Shown: positions 1 to 9,970 of the stretch, piece by piece
Numbering within the stretch: position 1 is the first letter of the stretch
Layout: each line of letters opens with the position of its first letter
Assembly (NCBI GenBank): GCA_032128875.1
Contig: JAVLKG010000006.1
Location: 160,001-224,000 of the forward strand
Reading direction: 5' to 3'
From: Candidatus Melainabacteria bacterium 17Bon1m
GTDB lineage: Bacteria; Cyanobacteriota; Vampirovibrionia; Obscuribacterales; Obscuribacteraceae
DNA length: 64,000 nt
Translations under genes and position numbers: made by a program
Notes under the pieces: generated by a model
Told to the model about the DNA's origin: nothing
Databases searched by the model: none
What the model saw: the letters and a program-made list of their open reading frames with translations, nothing else

Positions 1-164
1 TTCGAATGGAGAACATCGATCGCATGCTTATTTGATATCTGTTCGCTACTCTTCCGATTCTCTGGCGAAAAAGCCGGATTCAAGTGCCGGGCAATGATAA
101 CACAGTAGTCAGAAGGAAACTTTTGAAGACTCCAATCTTCAGTATTAATCTCTTAAGGCGCGTT

Positions 165-854
165 TCATGCGCCCTTTTCGCTTTGTGCCGGACGAACCTG
201 TGATTCGAAAAAGCACATTGAGCACAAACCCTGAGAGCCGTACAGCATGGGGGTTGGCTGCTTACATGTCTGGCATTGAGTGGAAACGTTCGCTTCCATC
301 CATTTGCGCGCCCTTAGTTCCTTTTCATATAAAGCAACTATGCGGTCATGAACTTTTTCATGGTCCCCGTCAGCGGCCGTTAAGCGGGTCTTAAGAGCCT
401 TTATGTCGGCTTCCTCTTCTGGCGTGAGCATTATCGAAGCCAACTCCTCAGGACCAGGCGTGTTGGCCAGGCGTTGTTGGTTTGTCGCTTCCACCGCTTT
501 CCGGTTTTCGACTATCTCTTCTTTTTTGTAGAAGTGCTTCATGTCAAAACGAATGCCGCGGATTTCTACGCCCAGTCCGTTACCAGCAATACGCATCTTC
601 TTGACTAGCTGCGAGCGCATCAAACTCAATTCTTGCCCAACAGCAGCTTCGCTAACGGAGATGACTATATTGCCTTCATGATCGATGAAAAGAGGGCGTG
701 ATTTCATAGCAAAAGGTTCGCCCACAATTGTCGGCCAAAGGCCAAGCAAAGTGTGCTCTTTTAAGCGCCTGTCCAGATTCAAGGAAGAGACAAGCTGATT
801 TAGCACTTTGTTGACGCTGGACATAGTGCGTCTTTTGCCGAATCCGTCAGACAT
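165..854 (-). CDS. DUF721/DciA-family protein with C-terminal Zn-ribbon
   Basis: N-terminal 'LWPTIVGE...RP...IVISVSEAAVGQELSLMRSQLVKKM' is typical of DUF721; C-terminal CQTC...CSMC. Confidence 0.75.
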   Translation of the reverse strand: MSDGFGKRRTMSSVNKVLNQLVSSLNLDRRLKEHTLLGLWPTIVGEPFAMKSRPLFIDHEGNIVISVSEAAVGQELSLMRSQLVKKMRIAGNGLGVEIRGIRFDMKHFYKKEEIVENRKAVEATNQQRLANTPGPEELASIMLTPEEEADIKALKTRLTAADGDHEKVHDRIVALYEKELRARKWMEANVSTQCQTCKQPTPMLYGSQGLCSMCFFESQVRPAQSEKGA

Positions 855-1046
855 TCTTCAAGCCTCCGACTAGTCACTCATTATAAGTAGGGTTTTCAAA
901 GTCCGGCTTCCAATCAACGATGAACAAAATCAAAGAAACAGGCAAAAACCCCATAAGTTCGCCCGTGCGATATAATCAGCCCGATGAGCGGCTTTTCGCC
1001 GAAATTTCGATTGTCATCACATACTTTTTAAATAGGAATTGAGTCA

Positions 1047-1394
1047 GTGTCAGGCATTAACACCATCCAAGAATTGCAAAAGCGCTTCAAACCAGAGGCC
1101 GCCCGCAACGTATCAGCCACTTACCTCTTCGCTGTACGCGGTCAAGACGGCTCGATGGTGCTGACGAAAATTAACGATGGTGAAGTCTCTTTCGAAGACG
1201 TCAGCAATGAAGCCAACCCCAATGGAAAAGCCGATTGCGTCATCTCAGTCAATTCCGACGACTTGAAACAAATCCTCGAAGGCAATATGTCGGCAATGAC
1301 CGCAGCACTTTCCGGAGTGCTTGCAATCGAAGGAGAACTGGGACTGGCCATGCAACTGGTACCGATATTCTTCGACGGACAAGCCTTGATGTAG
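1047..1394 (+). CDS. SCP2 sterol/lipid-binding domain protein
   Basis: 'ADCVISVNSDDLKQILEGNMSAMTAALSGVLAIEGELGLAMQL' matches the SCP2 fold signature; GTG start after AGGA. Confidence 0.85.
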   Translation: MSGINTIQELQKRFKPEAARNVSATYLFAVRGQDGSMVLTKINDGEVSFEDVSNEANPNGKADCVISVNSDDLKQILEGNMSAMTAALSGVLAIEGELGLAMQLVPIFFDGQALM

Positions 1395-1404
1395 TCGAAA
1401 CAGC

Positions 1405-2007
1405 TCACCGCAAGTAAAATTCTGAAAGCCACTGTGGAACATTCTTAAGGGCGTCCTTCAGTTGCTCCTTTTCAATGGATTTATTTGGCATACAGCGGGA
1501 AATTTCCTTCTGAGTAACTTTGTTTTTGCCAATGTGCCACAGTGCTACAAGAGAAAGTCCAGCTCCGCCCTTCTTGACCAGACGAATTTTTCTTTTGCTT
1601 GTCGATTGGAAGACGATTTTGATATTGCCGTACTTAAAAGAGCTTGATGAGCCGTCAATCCATAAAGCGAGCGTTTCTGTATTCCCGGCTGTCTCGATTA
1701 ATTTCAATTGCTGCGCAACTTCATCGCCGTGAGTGGCAATCTTTTTGCCATATGCTTTTGCTTTTATTCTGGCGACCTCTAACGGTGTAGGAAGAGGTGT
1801 ACTCTCATCTCCGCGCATAAATACTCCAGAAGCAAGTCGAACTATTTCGCCTTTTTCAACCAGTCTCTTAAGGGCACAATCTACTGCTTTGCGCGTACCA
1901 AATCGCAATACATCTTTAGTGGTAAACATTTGACCCCTATTGAGGCTATATACGAATCGGCGCAGAAACGTAGAGGCTGACATGGAAATCACCTTCTCAC
2001 TGGGCAT
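1405..2007 (-). CDS. DUF6088/AbiEi-like winged-helix protein (type IV antitoxin-like regulator)
   Basis: 'GQMFTTKDVLRFGTRKAVDCALKRLVEKGEIVRLASGVF...P.PLEVARIKA' resembles DUF6088. Confidence 0.75.
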   Translation of the reverse strand: MPSEKVISMSASTFLRRFVYSLNRGQMFTTKDVLRFGTRKAVDCALKRLVEKGEIVRLASGVFMRGDESTPLPTPLEVARIKAKAYGKKIATHGDEVAQQLKLIETAGNTETLALWIDGSSSSFKYGNIKIVFQSTSKRKIRLVKKGGAGLSLVALWHIGKNKVTQKEISRCMPNKSIEKEQLKDALKNVPQWLSEFYLR

Positions 2008-2134
2008 TTTTTGAAGTTTGGTCGAATACTTTTAAAGACGCAGTAACGGTCAAAAAAGTTCAGAAATTTTGATTGAAAATTCGGTACGACAAAAGGAGCT
2101 GTTTCACCTCTCTGATTTTCATCCCCACCAAGTG

Positions 2135-2524
2135 GAGGGATTTTCTGGAGTTTTTCCCTCATATGAAAAAGCTCGAACTCTTATAATTGGCGCTTTTGCG
2201 GGAATTCGTAAGTCTTTGAATTTACAACTGGTTGTAGAGTTCTGAACTGCTCTTGAATTTGGGCTTCACACCTTAAGGGATTTTCACAGGTTTTTCCCTC
2301 AATCTTCGGTGTCTTTCACTTTTGCACGGTGGGCACGGAAAGATTTAGCAAGTTGAGGGATTTTCTCGAGTTTTTCTCTCATCATGTGATCGATGGAATG
2401 CCCCATCGTTGCGCATTTTTCCTTTCTCACTTTAGATGACCTAGATCTTGCTCGTATGCGAAGTGCCATGAATTCACAAAATGCCAATTTGAGTTTGAGG
2501 GATTTTCCTGAGAAAATCCCTCAA
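2135..2524. repeat. Four copies of a ~27-bp imperfect palindrome GAGGGATTTTC-N4-5-(TTTTT/GAAAAT)CCCTCA
   Basis: Copies at 2135-2161, 2275-2301, 2355-2381 and 2495-2524; the last has perfect 13-bp arms. Confidence 0.85.
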
Positions 2525-2545
2525 CAGGTAGAACACCAAATGCAC

Positions 2546-3430
2546 TCAGCTATTTTTTGAAATTTTGTCCCTTAGGGCGTCTAGCATCACATCTGGTGGC
2601 ACAGGTTTTTCCGTCCAGAATTCGAAAGCCAGGGCGGCCTGGCGCGCTAGCATCTCTTTGCCATCGATGCTTACCACTCCATGTTTAGCCGCTGCCTCGA
2701 TCATTGGAGTCGGTAATTCGTTTTTCGAATAGACCATATCGAAGAAAAATGCACGCTCTGAGGCACGTTTGAACATCACATCAACCCAGTCGGGCAGCGC
2801 ATTTGATGCCTGACCCAGTGGTGTGCAATTGACTATCAGCTGAGGCACATCATGTTCTTCTTGCACAAAGTCTTCACTCCTGTGCATGTTGAAGGTTTCG
2901 CCGGCCAAGAGTTTGTCGCCCAAGTAGAAGTCGCAAAGCGAGTGCTTCTCAGGGTTTCTGACTAAGAGTTGAATGTCTTGAAATTCAAGATCGACAAGTG
3001 CTGCAACTGCCGCTCTAGCCGCACCACCAGCGCCTAAGATGAGCGCTCTCTGCTTGTTTCTATTGCCAAAGTTTTCTTCGAGTGTTTTTCTAAATGCAGG
3101 CAAATCGGTGTTATGCCCGATCAACTTTCCGTCCGGATAGATTTTTACCGTGTTGACAGCGCGCGTGCGCACTGCGTCCTCGGTCTTTCCAACGCAGCGC
3201 GCAAAGATAGACCGCTTGTGCGGGATAGTTACATTGAAGCCTGCGTAACCTTCGCGATGCATTGAAGCGAGCTTCGCATCGAGCTCCTCTTCAACTACAT
3301 CGATGAGACGGTAATCACCATCTCGCCCGATATGTTTCATCGCAGCCAGATGCATCGCTGGTGAAAGCGAGTGAGAGACCGGATGGCCAATCAGTCCTAG
3401 GAGAAGAAATACCTGCAGCTCCGGAGACAT
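2546..3430 (-). CDS. aroE: Shikimate dehydrogenase
   Basis: GHPVSHSLSP, GFNVTIPHK, AVNT, HNTD, GAGGAARA, NCTPLG, DMVY motifs. Confidence 0.95.
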   Translation of the reverse strand: MSPELQVFLLLGLIGHPVSHSLSPAMHLAAMKHIGRDGDYRLIDVVEEELDAKLASMHREGYAGFNVTIPHKRSIFARCVGKTEDAVRTRAVNTVKIYPDGKLIGHNTDLPAFRKTLEENFGNRNKQRALILGAGGAARAAVAALVDLEFQDIQLLVRNPEKHSLCDFYLGDKLLAGETFNMHRSEDFVQEEHDVPQLIVNCTPLGQASNALPDWVDVMFKRASERAFFFDMVYSKNELPTPMIEAAAKHGVVSIDGKEMLARQAALAFEFWTEKPVPPDVMLDALRDKISKNS

Positions 3431-3433
3431 TCT

Positions 3434-3859
3434 CTAGTAAGAGCCTGCTTGCTGCGTCGCTACGCGCATCCGCTTGATGCCTGATTCGGCAGCGGCTTGC
3501 ATGATGGCGACAATATCCTTCTGTTTGGATTCGGCATCTGCGTTGACTGTGCACGCGACGTCTTTCTTGCCCAGCTTCTTCAGCTGTTCTTCTATCTTCT
3601 CTTTGATCACTGCAGGCTCATTGCTGGGCACGAAGCGACCATTGATGGCAATCTGACCCGTTTCATCCACGTCTATGAAGATGCCTTTGCTCTCGTCGTC
3701 TTTCTTGGCGTTCTGAGTTTCTGGCGGCTTGATCTTAAGCTCCGACTTATCGATAAGTGGAGCGATAAGGATCATGATTACGAGCAACACGAGGAATACG
3801 TCGGTCAACGGTGTTACGTTGATCTCTTCGAAATTCGATCCGGCTTCGCCCATCGACAT
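3434..3859 (-). CDS. exbD: ExbD/TolR biopolymer transport protein
   Basis: 'EINVTPLTDVFLVLLVIMILIAP' signature; downstream of exbB. Confidence 0.92.
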   Translation of the reverse strand: MSMGEAGSNFEEINVTPLTDVFLVLLVIMILIAPLIDKSELKIKPPETQNAKKDDESKGIFIDVDETGQIAINGRFVPSNEPAVIKEKIEEQLKKLGKKDVACTVNADAESKQKDIVAIMQAAAESGIKRMRVATQQAGSY

Positions 3860-3896
3860 AGTGCATTACCCCTTTAGAGTTGAAGGTCCAAAAGGA

Positions 3897-4547
3897 TTAG
3901 CGAGCTTGGGCTTGGTTGTTGGCTTCTTCTGTAGCTACGAAGCTCAAGAAGAGGAGCTTCAGCAGAGAGAAGTCATCGTTGAATCGCTTCACTGTGTTGG
4001 TGTAAGTGTTGTTGAAAACAACTGCACCGATAGCGACAATCAGACCGTAACCTGTTGCGATCAGCGCTTTGGCAACGCCGACGACTACGACAGGAGTACC
4101 GCCACCTGCGGCGCCAAGTTGGTCAAGCGTAAAGATAACGCCGACTACGGTTCCGAACAGTCCCAAGAAGGGGCATGTGGCGCCGATGGTTCCGAGGATC
4201 GCTAGGTGTTTTTCCAATTTTCGTGTGACAAGACTGACAGTGATATCGAAAGCCTTGGAGAAGTCTTCCTTTTGCTCCGCCATAAGACGGACGCCTTCTT
4301 CGGCAACTTCACCAACTACACCGCCCAGACGGCTGCATGTAGCTTGTGCTTTCTGCAACTGACCGCTTTCCAGTTCGCGTTGCAGTTGATGGATGAACGA
4401 GGTCACATCGCGACGGTTCTTTTGGTAGTAAAGATACCGCTCAACTGTAACCGCAACTGTCAAGACCGAGCAGACCGTAATCGGAATGGATGCGAACCAG
4501 TCGTGGATCATGAAATCCAGGAAGTACGTAAAAAATTTGCTTTCCAT
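3897..4547 (-). CDS. exbB: MotA/TolQ/ExbB proton channel protein
   Basis: 'LGTIGATCPFLGLFGTVVGVI...ALIATGYGLIVAI'. Confidence 0.92.
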   Translation of the reverse strand: MESKFFTYFLDFMIHDWFASIPITVCSVLTVAVTVERYLYYQKNRRDVTSFIHQLQRELESGQLQKAQATCSRLGGVVGEVAEEGVRLMAEQKEDFSKAFDITVSLVTRKLEKHLAILGTIGATCPFLGLFGTVVGVIFTLDQLGAAGGGTPVVVVGVAKALIATGYGLIVAIGAVVFNNTYTNTVKRFNDDFSLLKLLFLSFVATEEANNQAQAR

Positions 4548-4586
4548 TTCCTCTCCAATTAGATGCGATTGGCTTTGATGAATATA

Positions 4587-6227
4587 TCAGAACTGGCGGA
4601 AGGTGCCACGTCCACCACCTGAAAATACGTTGTAGTCGAACGTAAATTGAATATCAACATCGTCCGGCGCTCCTGCAGGCAGTGGTCTGAAAGGCGCAGC
4701 ATTCTCAACGGCTTTAAGTGCCGCCTGGTCAGCGATTGCTACTCCCGAACCATGGTCCAATCTGAGGTGAGACAACTCTCCTCCCCTGTGTACCTTGAAA
4801 ACAACTACGACGCGTTTTGATTCGTTACCTTTCGGTGGGAACCAAGCACGTTTGATACGTCTTTGTAGGTCTGCCATATATGGTCCGAAGTCCACATCGG
4901 CTTGTGCTGCTACAGAAGGTCTGCCGCCCGGGTTGTTGTTGGCGTCAGGGTTGCCTTTCTGGCCTTCTCCCCCGCCTCCGCCGGCTGGTCTGGGCACCGA
5001 GGGTGCCACCGCGATGGCTGGTCCGCCGCCGCCACCGCCGCCGCCACCACCGGATCTAGCCCGGGTTGGAGCAGGCGCTGCCGAAGGTCCGGAGCCGCCG
5101 CCACGAGTAGGTGATCCGCCACCACCGGCAATTGGAACTGGAGTCGTTACGCCGGAGCCGCCGCCCGATCCTGATGCAGATACAGGGGCAATTCCGGGAC
5201 TCGGTGCCGATGAAGATCCAGAGCCGGAGCCGACTCTAGGAGATGCGGAGAAGGTTGGAGAACCGCTCTTGCCAAAACTCATAGGCGCCGGTGAAGGCGA
5301 GGGATTTGGCGACGGTGCAGCCGATGGATGTGCAAATGGATTGGGCAATGCCATCGGACGTGCCATAGGAGCAGGCGACGGTGAAGGTGATGGCGAAGGC
5401 GTCGGAGATGGACGCGGTGATGGCGACGGAGACGGACTTGGTGATGGCACCGGCCGTGGTGACGGTGTCGGTCTGGGACTTGGGCTCGGCGTCGGTGTAG
5501 GAGTCGGTCTTGGTGCCGGTGTCGGTGTCGGCGGATGGGGCGTCGGATGCGCTTGCGGGGTAGGACGCGGTGCCGGAGAAGGTTGGCTTGGTGCCTTAGG
5601 AGCAGGTGAAGGAGCTCTTACTTCTTGCTTGGGATCGTGTTTTCCGGAATTTTCGGAAGCCTTTTGTGCACGACGTTTTGAAACGATTTTCTTTTGAGTA
5701 GGCGGCTGGTTTTGAACAAACTCGATGTCCGTCACCTGTGTTCTAGGGGGCGGTGGAATCAAGAAGAAGAATGCAAGAATGAAACACGCAACAATAAAAG
5801 AGAAGTGGAATATGTACGATCCGCTGGTTGCTTCCGGCAATTCGATTACGTATTCCGGATATATCTGTTTGCGCTGAATGACACGCGCTCTGTCGTATGC
5901 ATCTCTTGCTGTATATGCGAAGTATGCAAGAAACAGCCCCATTATGACCATGGATGCCGGCGATCCGAAGTGTCCTTGTGAGAGCGAAGCAACTAACTCA
6001 CGGTTCGGCTTCATATGAAAGGATTGCCCGAATGAAACCAGTCCGCGCAGGAACGGGTCCATAAACAGCATCAACAAGAAACATATGAAGTTGATGGCGG
6101 TCACCGCCAAGAACAACATTCCTTTTCTTGTCTCACCGTTGTAAAGCTGACCAAGTCCCGGAATCACCGAGAGTATGACCGCCATGTTGGGGTCACGCTG
6201 ATTATTTTGTCTTGCTGAGCTTGTCAT
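4587..6227 (-). CDS. tonB: TonB/TolA-like energy transducer with N-terminal multi-pass membrane domain and long Pro/Ser/Gly linker
   Basis: C-terminal '[16 protein letters not shown]...[18 protein letters not shown]...IQFTFDY'; (SP/TP)n linker; operon with exbB-exbD. Confidence 0.85.
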   Translation of the reverse strand: MTSSARQNNQRDPNMAVILSVIPGLGQLYNGETRKGMLFLAVTAINFICFLLMLFMDPFLRGLVSFGQSFHMKPNRELVASLSQGHFGSPASMVIMGLFLAYFAYTARDAYDRARVIQRKQIYPEYVIELPEATSGSYIFHFSFIVACFILAFFFLIPPPPRTQVTDIEFVQNQPPTQKKIVSKRRAQKASENSGKHDPKQEVRAPSPAPKAPSQPSPAPRPTPQAHPTPHPPTPTPAPRPTPTPTPSPSPRPTPSPRPVPSPSPSPSPSPRPSPTPSPSPSPSPAPMARPMALPNPFAHPSAAPSPNPSPSPAPMSFGKSGSPTFSASPRVGSGSGSSSAPSPGIAPVSASGSGGGSGVTTPVPIAGGGGSPTRGGGSGPSAAPAPTRARSGGGGGGGGGGPAIAVAPSVPRPAGGGGGEGQKGNPDANNNPGGRPSVAAQADVDFGPYMADLQRRIKRAWFPPKGNESKRVVVVFKVHRGGELSHLRLDHGSGVAIADQAALKAVENAAPFRPLPAGAPDDVDIQFTFDYNVFSGGGRGTFRQF

Positions 6228-6874
6228 TCCGTGCTTTGCCTGGTGGTTTAGGGCTTGAAGTCTAAAGATGCTTTCTGAGGTAAAACGTTCCTCAAATCTC
6301 GCGGCTTTCCAAGCAGTTTCGCCAAACTAGTAAGGTTTTGGTGATGCCCTGATGCTTCTCTCAAAGCTTCATTTGATTGGGCATTCGGGGTTTCTAACAA
6401 CTGGTTAAGTATAACACAGCGGTCCACCCAGCCTTTATTTCGGCGGTTCTTGGCCTCGGTCCAGCTTAGCCGTGAGCAGTAAGCTCTAATTTCTTTCCAC
6501 GATCGCGGTCTGAGGAATCCAATTCAACCGTATAAGTCGAAATCGATAATCTCTCACCCTCAGTTTGGCAGAGTTTTTACCTAGTTGCTGGCCTGTTTTT
6601 GCGGAACTGATCAAAGTGAATTTACTGGTTCAAGATCAGGGTAAACCCTGATCGATACGAACGACATTGGTAAGTCTCAACAAGGAATATCCGAACCATA
6701 TGCACGACAGGGTTTTGCCCCGTACGTCATAAACGACAGAGTAATTGCCGATTGTTTCAATGGCGTGTTACACACTGATAAAAGAAGACACTCGGCTGAG
6801 CGAGGCTAAAGCTCTGCTCAATCAGTTTTGATAGTCGGTTTTGACAGTCTTAGCTTCCGGGCGCGAAGTCCGAA

Positions 6875-7978
6875 TTACATCGTAGGCATCGCCAGTTCTT
6901 CTGCTAACTCGATTTTGAGCTCGTCGCCGGGTCTAACATCAACACGCTTACCTTTTTTGGAAAGCAGGACAGCAAGACCGATTGCAGCACCGATACCGGC
7001 TCCGATAACAGCACCGCCGCCAGCACCGATCGAGGATGAGCTCGAGGCGTTACCGGCAATAAGACCGATACCCAAGCCAACGCCGACCGGAATCGAAACG
7101 GCACCAACATCGATGGCAATGTCCTTGAGACCGCGCTTCGCATGGACAACACCACCGCGTGCTACCAGGTTGGCAACAATCGGGATCTGCTTATTATCAG
7201 GCGTTGTCACTGTATCGAACTTGAGCGCAACGTGACCGGAACGATTGAGAGCGCGTGGCAAAGTGATTCTGGCAATACGACCTTTGATGATCGAGCCGGC
7301 CGGAACAGCAACTTGTCCGTCGATGCTCAAATCTTCTGCCGTACGAGCAGCGAATTCGTCACCTTCTTGGCTGGTATCAGAATCAACAGCGGTGTCCATG
7401 ATGATTGGAATTTTTGTGTCTTTAGGCACGACTCGAACGAAGCCTTGCAAAACTTGCTTCTTCGTTTCTTTAGTCGTAGTGGTTGCGGCAGTAGCTTCCT
7501 TTTTCACTTCAGGATCAATCAAAGAATCAATCGGTTGGCTGGCTGAACCAGCAGTGGTGGTTGATTCGCTCGATGATGTCGCATCTGAAGCGGTGCTTTC
7601 GCTCGATGTTGCAGATGTTTCGGTCGCTTCTGCAGCAGGAGTCTTCGGAGCTTCTTCGACAATTTTGTCTTCGGTAGGTGTTTCTTCTTTTAACAATCCA
7701 CCGACTTCACCCGCAGGCTCTGATTTAGCGCCGGCAGTGTCTTCAGCCGGTGCAGCGGAAGATTCTGGGCTGTAAATCTTGAAGTTGAGCCCATCGGCAG
7801 CAAATGCTGCAGGGTGCGCAGAAAAGACGATAAGCGCGCTCATTATCACCGGCAATGCGCGATTGATCTTAAGCAAATCCGTTCTCCTTGAGTAACTTGA
7901 GACGTCTCTGTCTGTCTCTTCTGGTGGCTCGATTGGCGTGACCGTGGCAGTTGCGGCGTTTGCGCTCCTGATTTCCAT
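6875..7978 (-). CDS. Secreted protein with TrbI/VirB10-like beta domain and Gly-zipper
   Basis: Signal-like segment ending AAFA; 'TKIPIIMDTAVDSDTSQEGDEFAA...VPAGSIIKGRI'; GAVIGAGIGAAIG. Confidence 0.6.
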   Translation of the reverse strand: MEIRSANAATATVTPIEPPEETDRDVSSYSRRTDLLKINRALPVIMSALIVFSAHPAAFAADGLNFKIYSPESSAAPAEDTAGAKSEPAGEVGGLLKEETPTEDKIVEEAPKTPAAEATETSATSSESTASDATSSSESTTTAGSASQPIDSLIDPEVKKEATAATTTTKETKKQVLQGFVRVVPKDTKIPIIMDTAVDSDTSQEGDEFAARTAEDLSIDGQVAVPAGSIIKGRIARITLPRALNRSGHVALKFDTVTTPDNKQIPIVANLVARGGVVHAKRGLKDIAIDVGAVSIPVGVGLGIGLIAGNASSSSSIGAGGGAVIGAGIGAAIGLAVLLSKKGKRVDVRPGDELKIELAEELAMPTM

Positions 7979-8138
7979 TAGTCAAGCGGACCGGCTCGAC
8001 AGTCTACCATGCCTTCAGCAGGTTACAAATTAGTGGATTTTGATCCTGTTTATTGACGGTATTAACACTTATTTTTGGGTTCAATTAAACTAGGAGCAGA
8101 GCTTCCCAAAATTATTGTTCTTTTAGAGGACGAATTAA

Positions 8139-9764
8139 GTGATTGAATGCCCGATTTGCCATGTGATGAATGACGATGGCGCTCACTTTTGTGCAGAATG
8201 CGGGCAACGTTTTTCACCGGCGGGGCCTCCTCAACCTCCCGCCCTGGGGTCTGTTCAGCCTGGTTTTGCCCAGCCGCCTGGACCTCCTCTAAACCCAGGT
8301 TTTACTACGCCACAACCTCCCAATCCCGCCGATACTCAGTGGAATCAAATGCCTAACTCTTACAATTCTCCGGACCAACCAAATCAGCCCAACCAGGCAA
8401 ACCAGGGCGGTCAGCCGGAACAACCGAAGAAGCGCTTACACTCTCCAATTTTGGGAGGCGGCTATGAAGACGAGCCGGAACCCGAACCGGAAGTCAAGCG
8501 CGGCAGACCAGCTATGCGCGGTGGTGGACAAGAATCGGGCGGCAAGCCGAAACATTTGAGATCACCGCTTTTGGGCGGCGATGATGTTGATGATGACGAT
8601 TTTGATGAACCTCGCCGCGCCCCCAGTGCCAGAGGCGGCAAGCCGGCTACGAAAGGCGGATTGAGATCGCCATTGTTAGGCGGTGCCGATGACGATGAAG
8701 ATGATTATGACGAACCGCAGTCTAGAGGCGGATTTCCACACCGTTCGCGCGATATTCATGACGAAGGACCTCATGATAGAGGTTCGGCAAAAGGCTTACG
8801 GTCGCCACTTTTGGGCGGCGGCAGCGGTGATGAAGACGACAGCGCGTTCTCCAGTCTAAGGCGCACCACAAAGCCCAGCGGCAGTTTCCCTAATGACAGA
8901 CGATCGAAGCCTGATGTTTGGGACCCAGGTTCTGAAGGCGGTTCTGGCAAGAGACCACGCCTGCGCTCCAATCTTCTCGGCGGTGGAGCCGCTGATGATT
9001 ACGACGATTACGAAGAAGAGGAAGAAGAGATTGCCGATCCAAAGGCTCTTAGATCGCCTTTGTTGCGTGCAGTTACATCACAACACGATCAGGTTCCTGC
9101 GGCAAAAGCGCAACCGCATCAACAGCCTCCTGTCCAACAGCAACCGGCTCCGCAGCCGTATCAGCAGGCTTCGCCGCAGTATCAACAAGCTCCTGAGCCC
9201 GGATACGGGCAGCCGCAGGATCCCAATTCACCTTTGTTCCGTCAGCCTCTGACGCCGCCACAACCGGCAAGCAACTATGCTGACCCGCAGCAGATGATGC
9301 AGCAACAGATGCAGCAAATGCAGCAGTCACAGCAAAGTTATGCTCCAACGCCTCCGGCTCCTCCCACTCAACCGGCTCTCCAGCAGGCATCTTCTCCATT
9401 TGCACGCAACAATGAGCCAGAACCGATGTCCGGCTCCTCTCGTCTTTCTACCTCTAATATGCCGACTACGGTCAAGCCCTCGAAGCCTGCTCGTTTTCAA
9501 CCGGACGAATCTGATGCGCCAATGCGTCCATCATTCGATAAATTTGCCTCCGATGCGCCCGAGCATGGCGGCAGTGGCGGTGGTTCGGTCTCACCAGCTA
9601 TCGCAGGATTGTGCGTACTCGGCATCATCCTTAAAGGATGGTATTTCTTCAGTTACCCGACGATGTGGAACCAAGCTCCGTTCGTCGCAGATCAGTTTGC
9701 TGAAATACTTGTCATGGTGGCGGTGATTATAGTTGTCATGGGTGTTTCCAAGGGGCGCAGTTGA
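8139..9764 (+). CDS. Zn-ribbon membrane protein with disordered region and repeated LRSPLLGG motifs
   Basis: CPIC...CAEC N-terminus; six L[RH]S[PN][IL]L motifs; two C-terminal hydrophobic helices. Confidence 0.75.
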   Translation: MIECPICHVMNDDGAHFCAECGQRFSPAGPPQPPALGSVQPGFAQPPGPPLNPGFTTPQPPNPADTQWNQMPNSYNSPDQPNQPNQANQGGQPEQPKKRLHSPILGGGYEDEPEPEPEVKRGRPAMRGGGQESGGKPKHLRSPLLGGDDVDDDDFDEPRRAPSARGGKPATKGGLRSPLLGGADDDEDDYDEPQSRGGFPHRSRDIHDEGPHDRGSAKGLRSPLLGGGSGDEDDSAFSSLRRTTKPSGSFPNDRRSKPDVWDPGSEGGSGKRPRLRSNLLGGGAADDYDDYEEEEEEIADPKALRSPLLRAVTSQHDQVPAAKAQPHQQPPVQQQPAPQPYQQASPQYQQAPEPGYGQPQDPNSPLFRQPLTPPQPASNYADPQQMMQQQMQQMQQSQQSYAPTPPAPPTQPALQQASSPFARNNEPEPMSGSSRLSTSNMPTTVKPSKPARFQPDESDAPMRPSFDKFASDAPEHGGSGGGSVSPAIAGLCVLGIILKGWYFFSYPTMWNQAPFVADQFAEILVMVAVIIVVMGVSKGRS

Positions 9765-9970
9765 AGCTTGCAAGCCAGCACCTGAGCCAATCCCCGACTT
9801 CACACATTGACAAAAGGTAACTTTCAAAGGGGTTGCATCATGCTATATTGGCGACTGCATTAGACGAGTGTTCTAATCAGGATTTCATGTCCGGAACATG
9901 TTTTTCTCTGCCCTCGTCTTTCCCGACTTATGTGGGTTGCTGTCCAGAATTACTGGGAAGGTTGGTCTAA

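Noticed and set aside
2135-2524. CRISPR array
   Set aside because: Spacers are irregular (about 113, 53 and 115 bp), repeats are degenerate and there are no cas genes in the window.
4795-5697. 300-aa Gly-rich plus-strand ORF
   Set aside because: Antisense shadow of the Pro/Ser-rich tonB linker.
6228-6874. Cobalamin riboswitch upstream of tonB
   Set aside because: No GGGAA/GCCACTG/B12-box motifs found on the coding strand.
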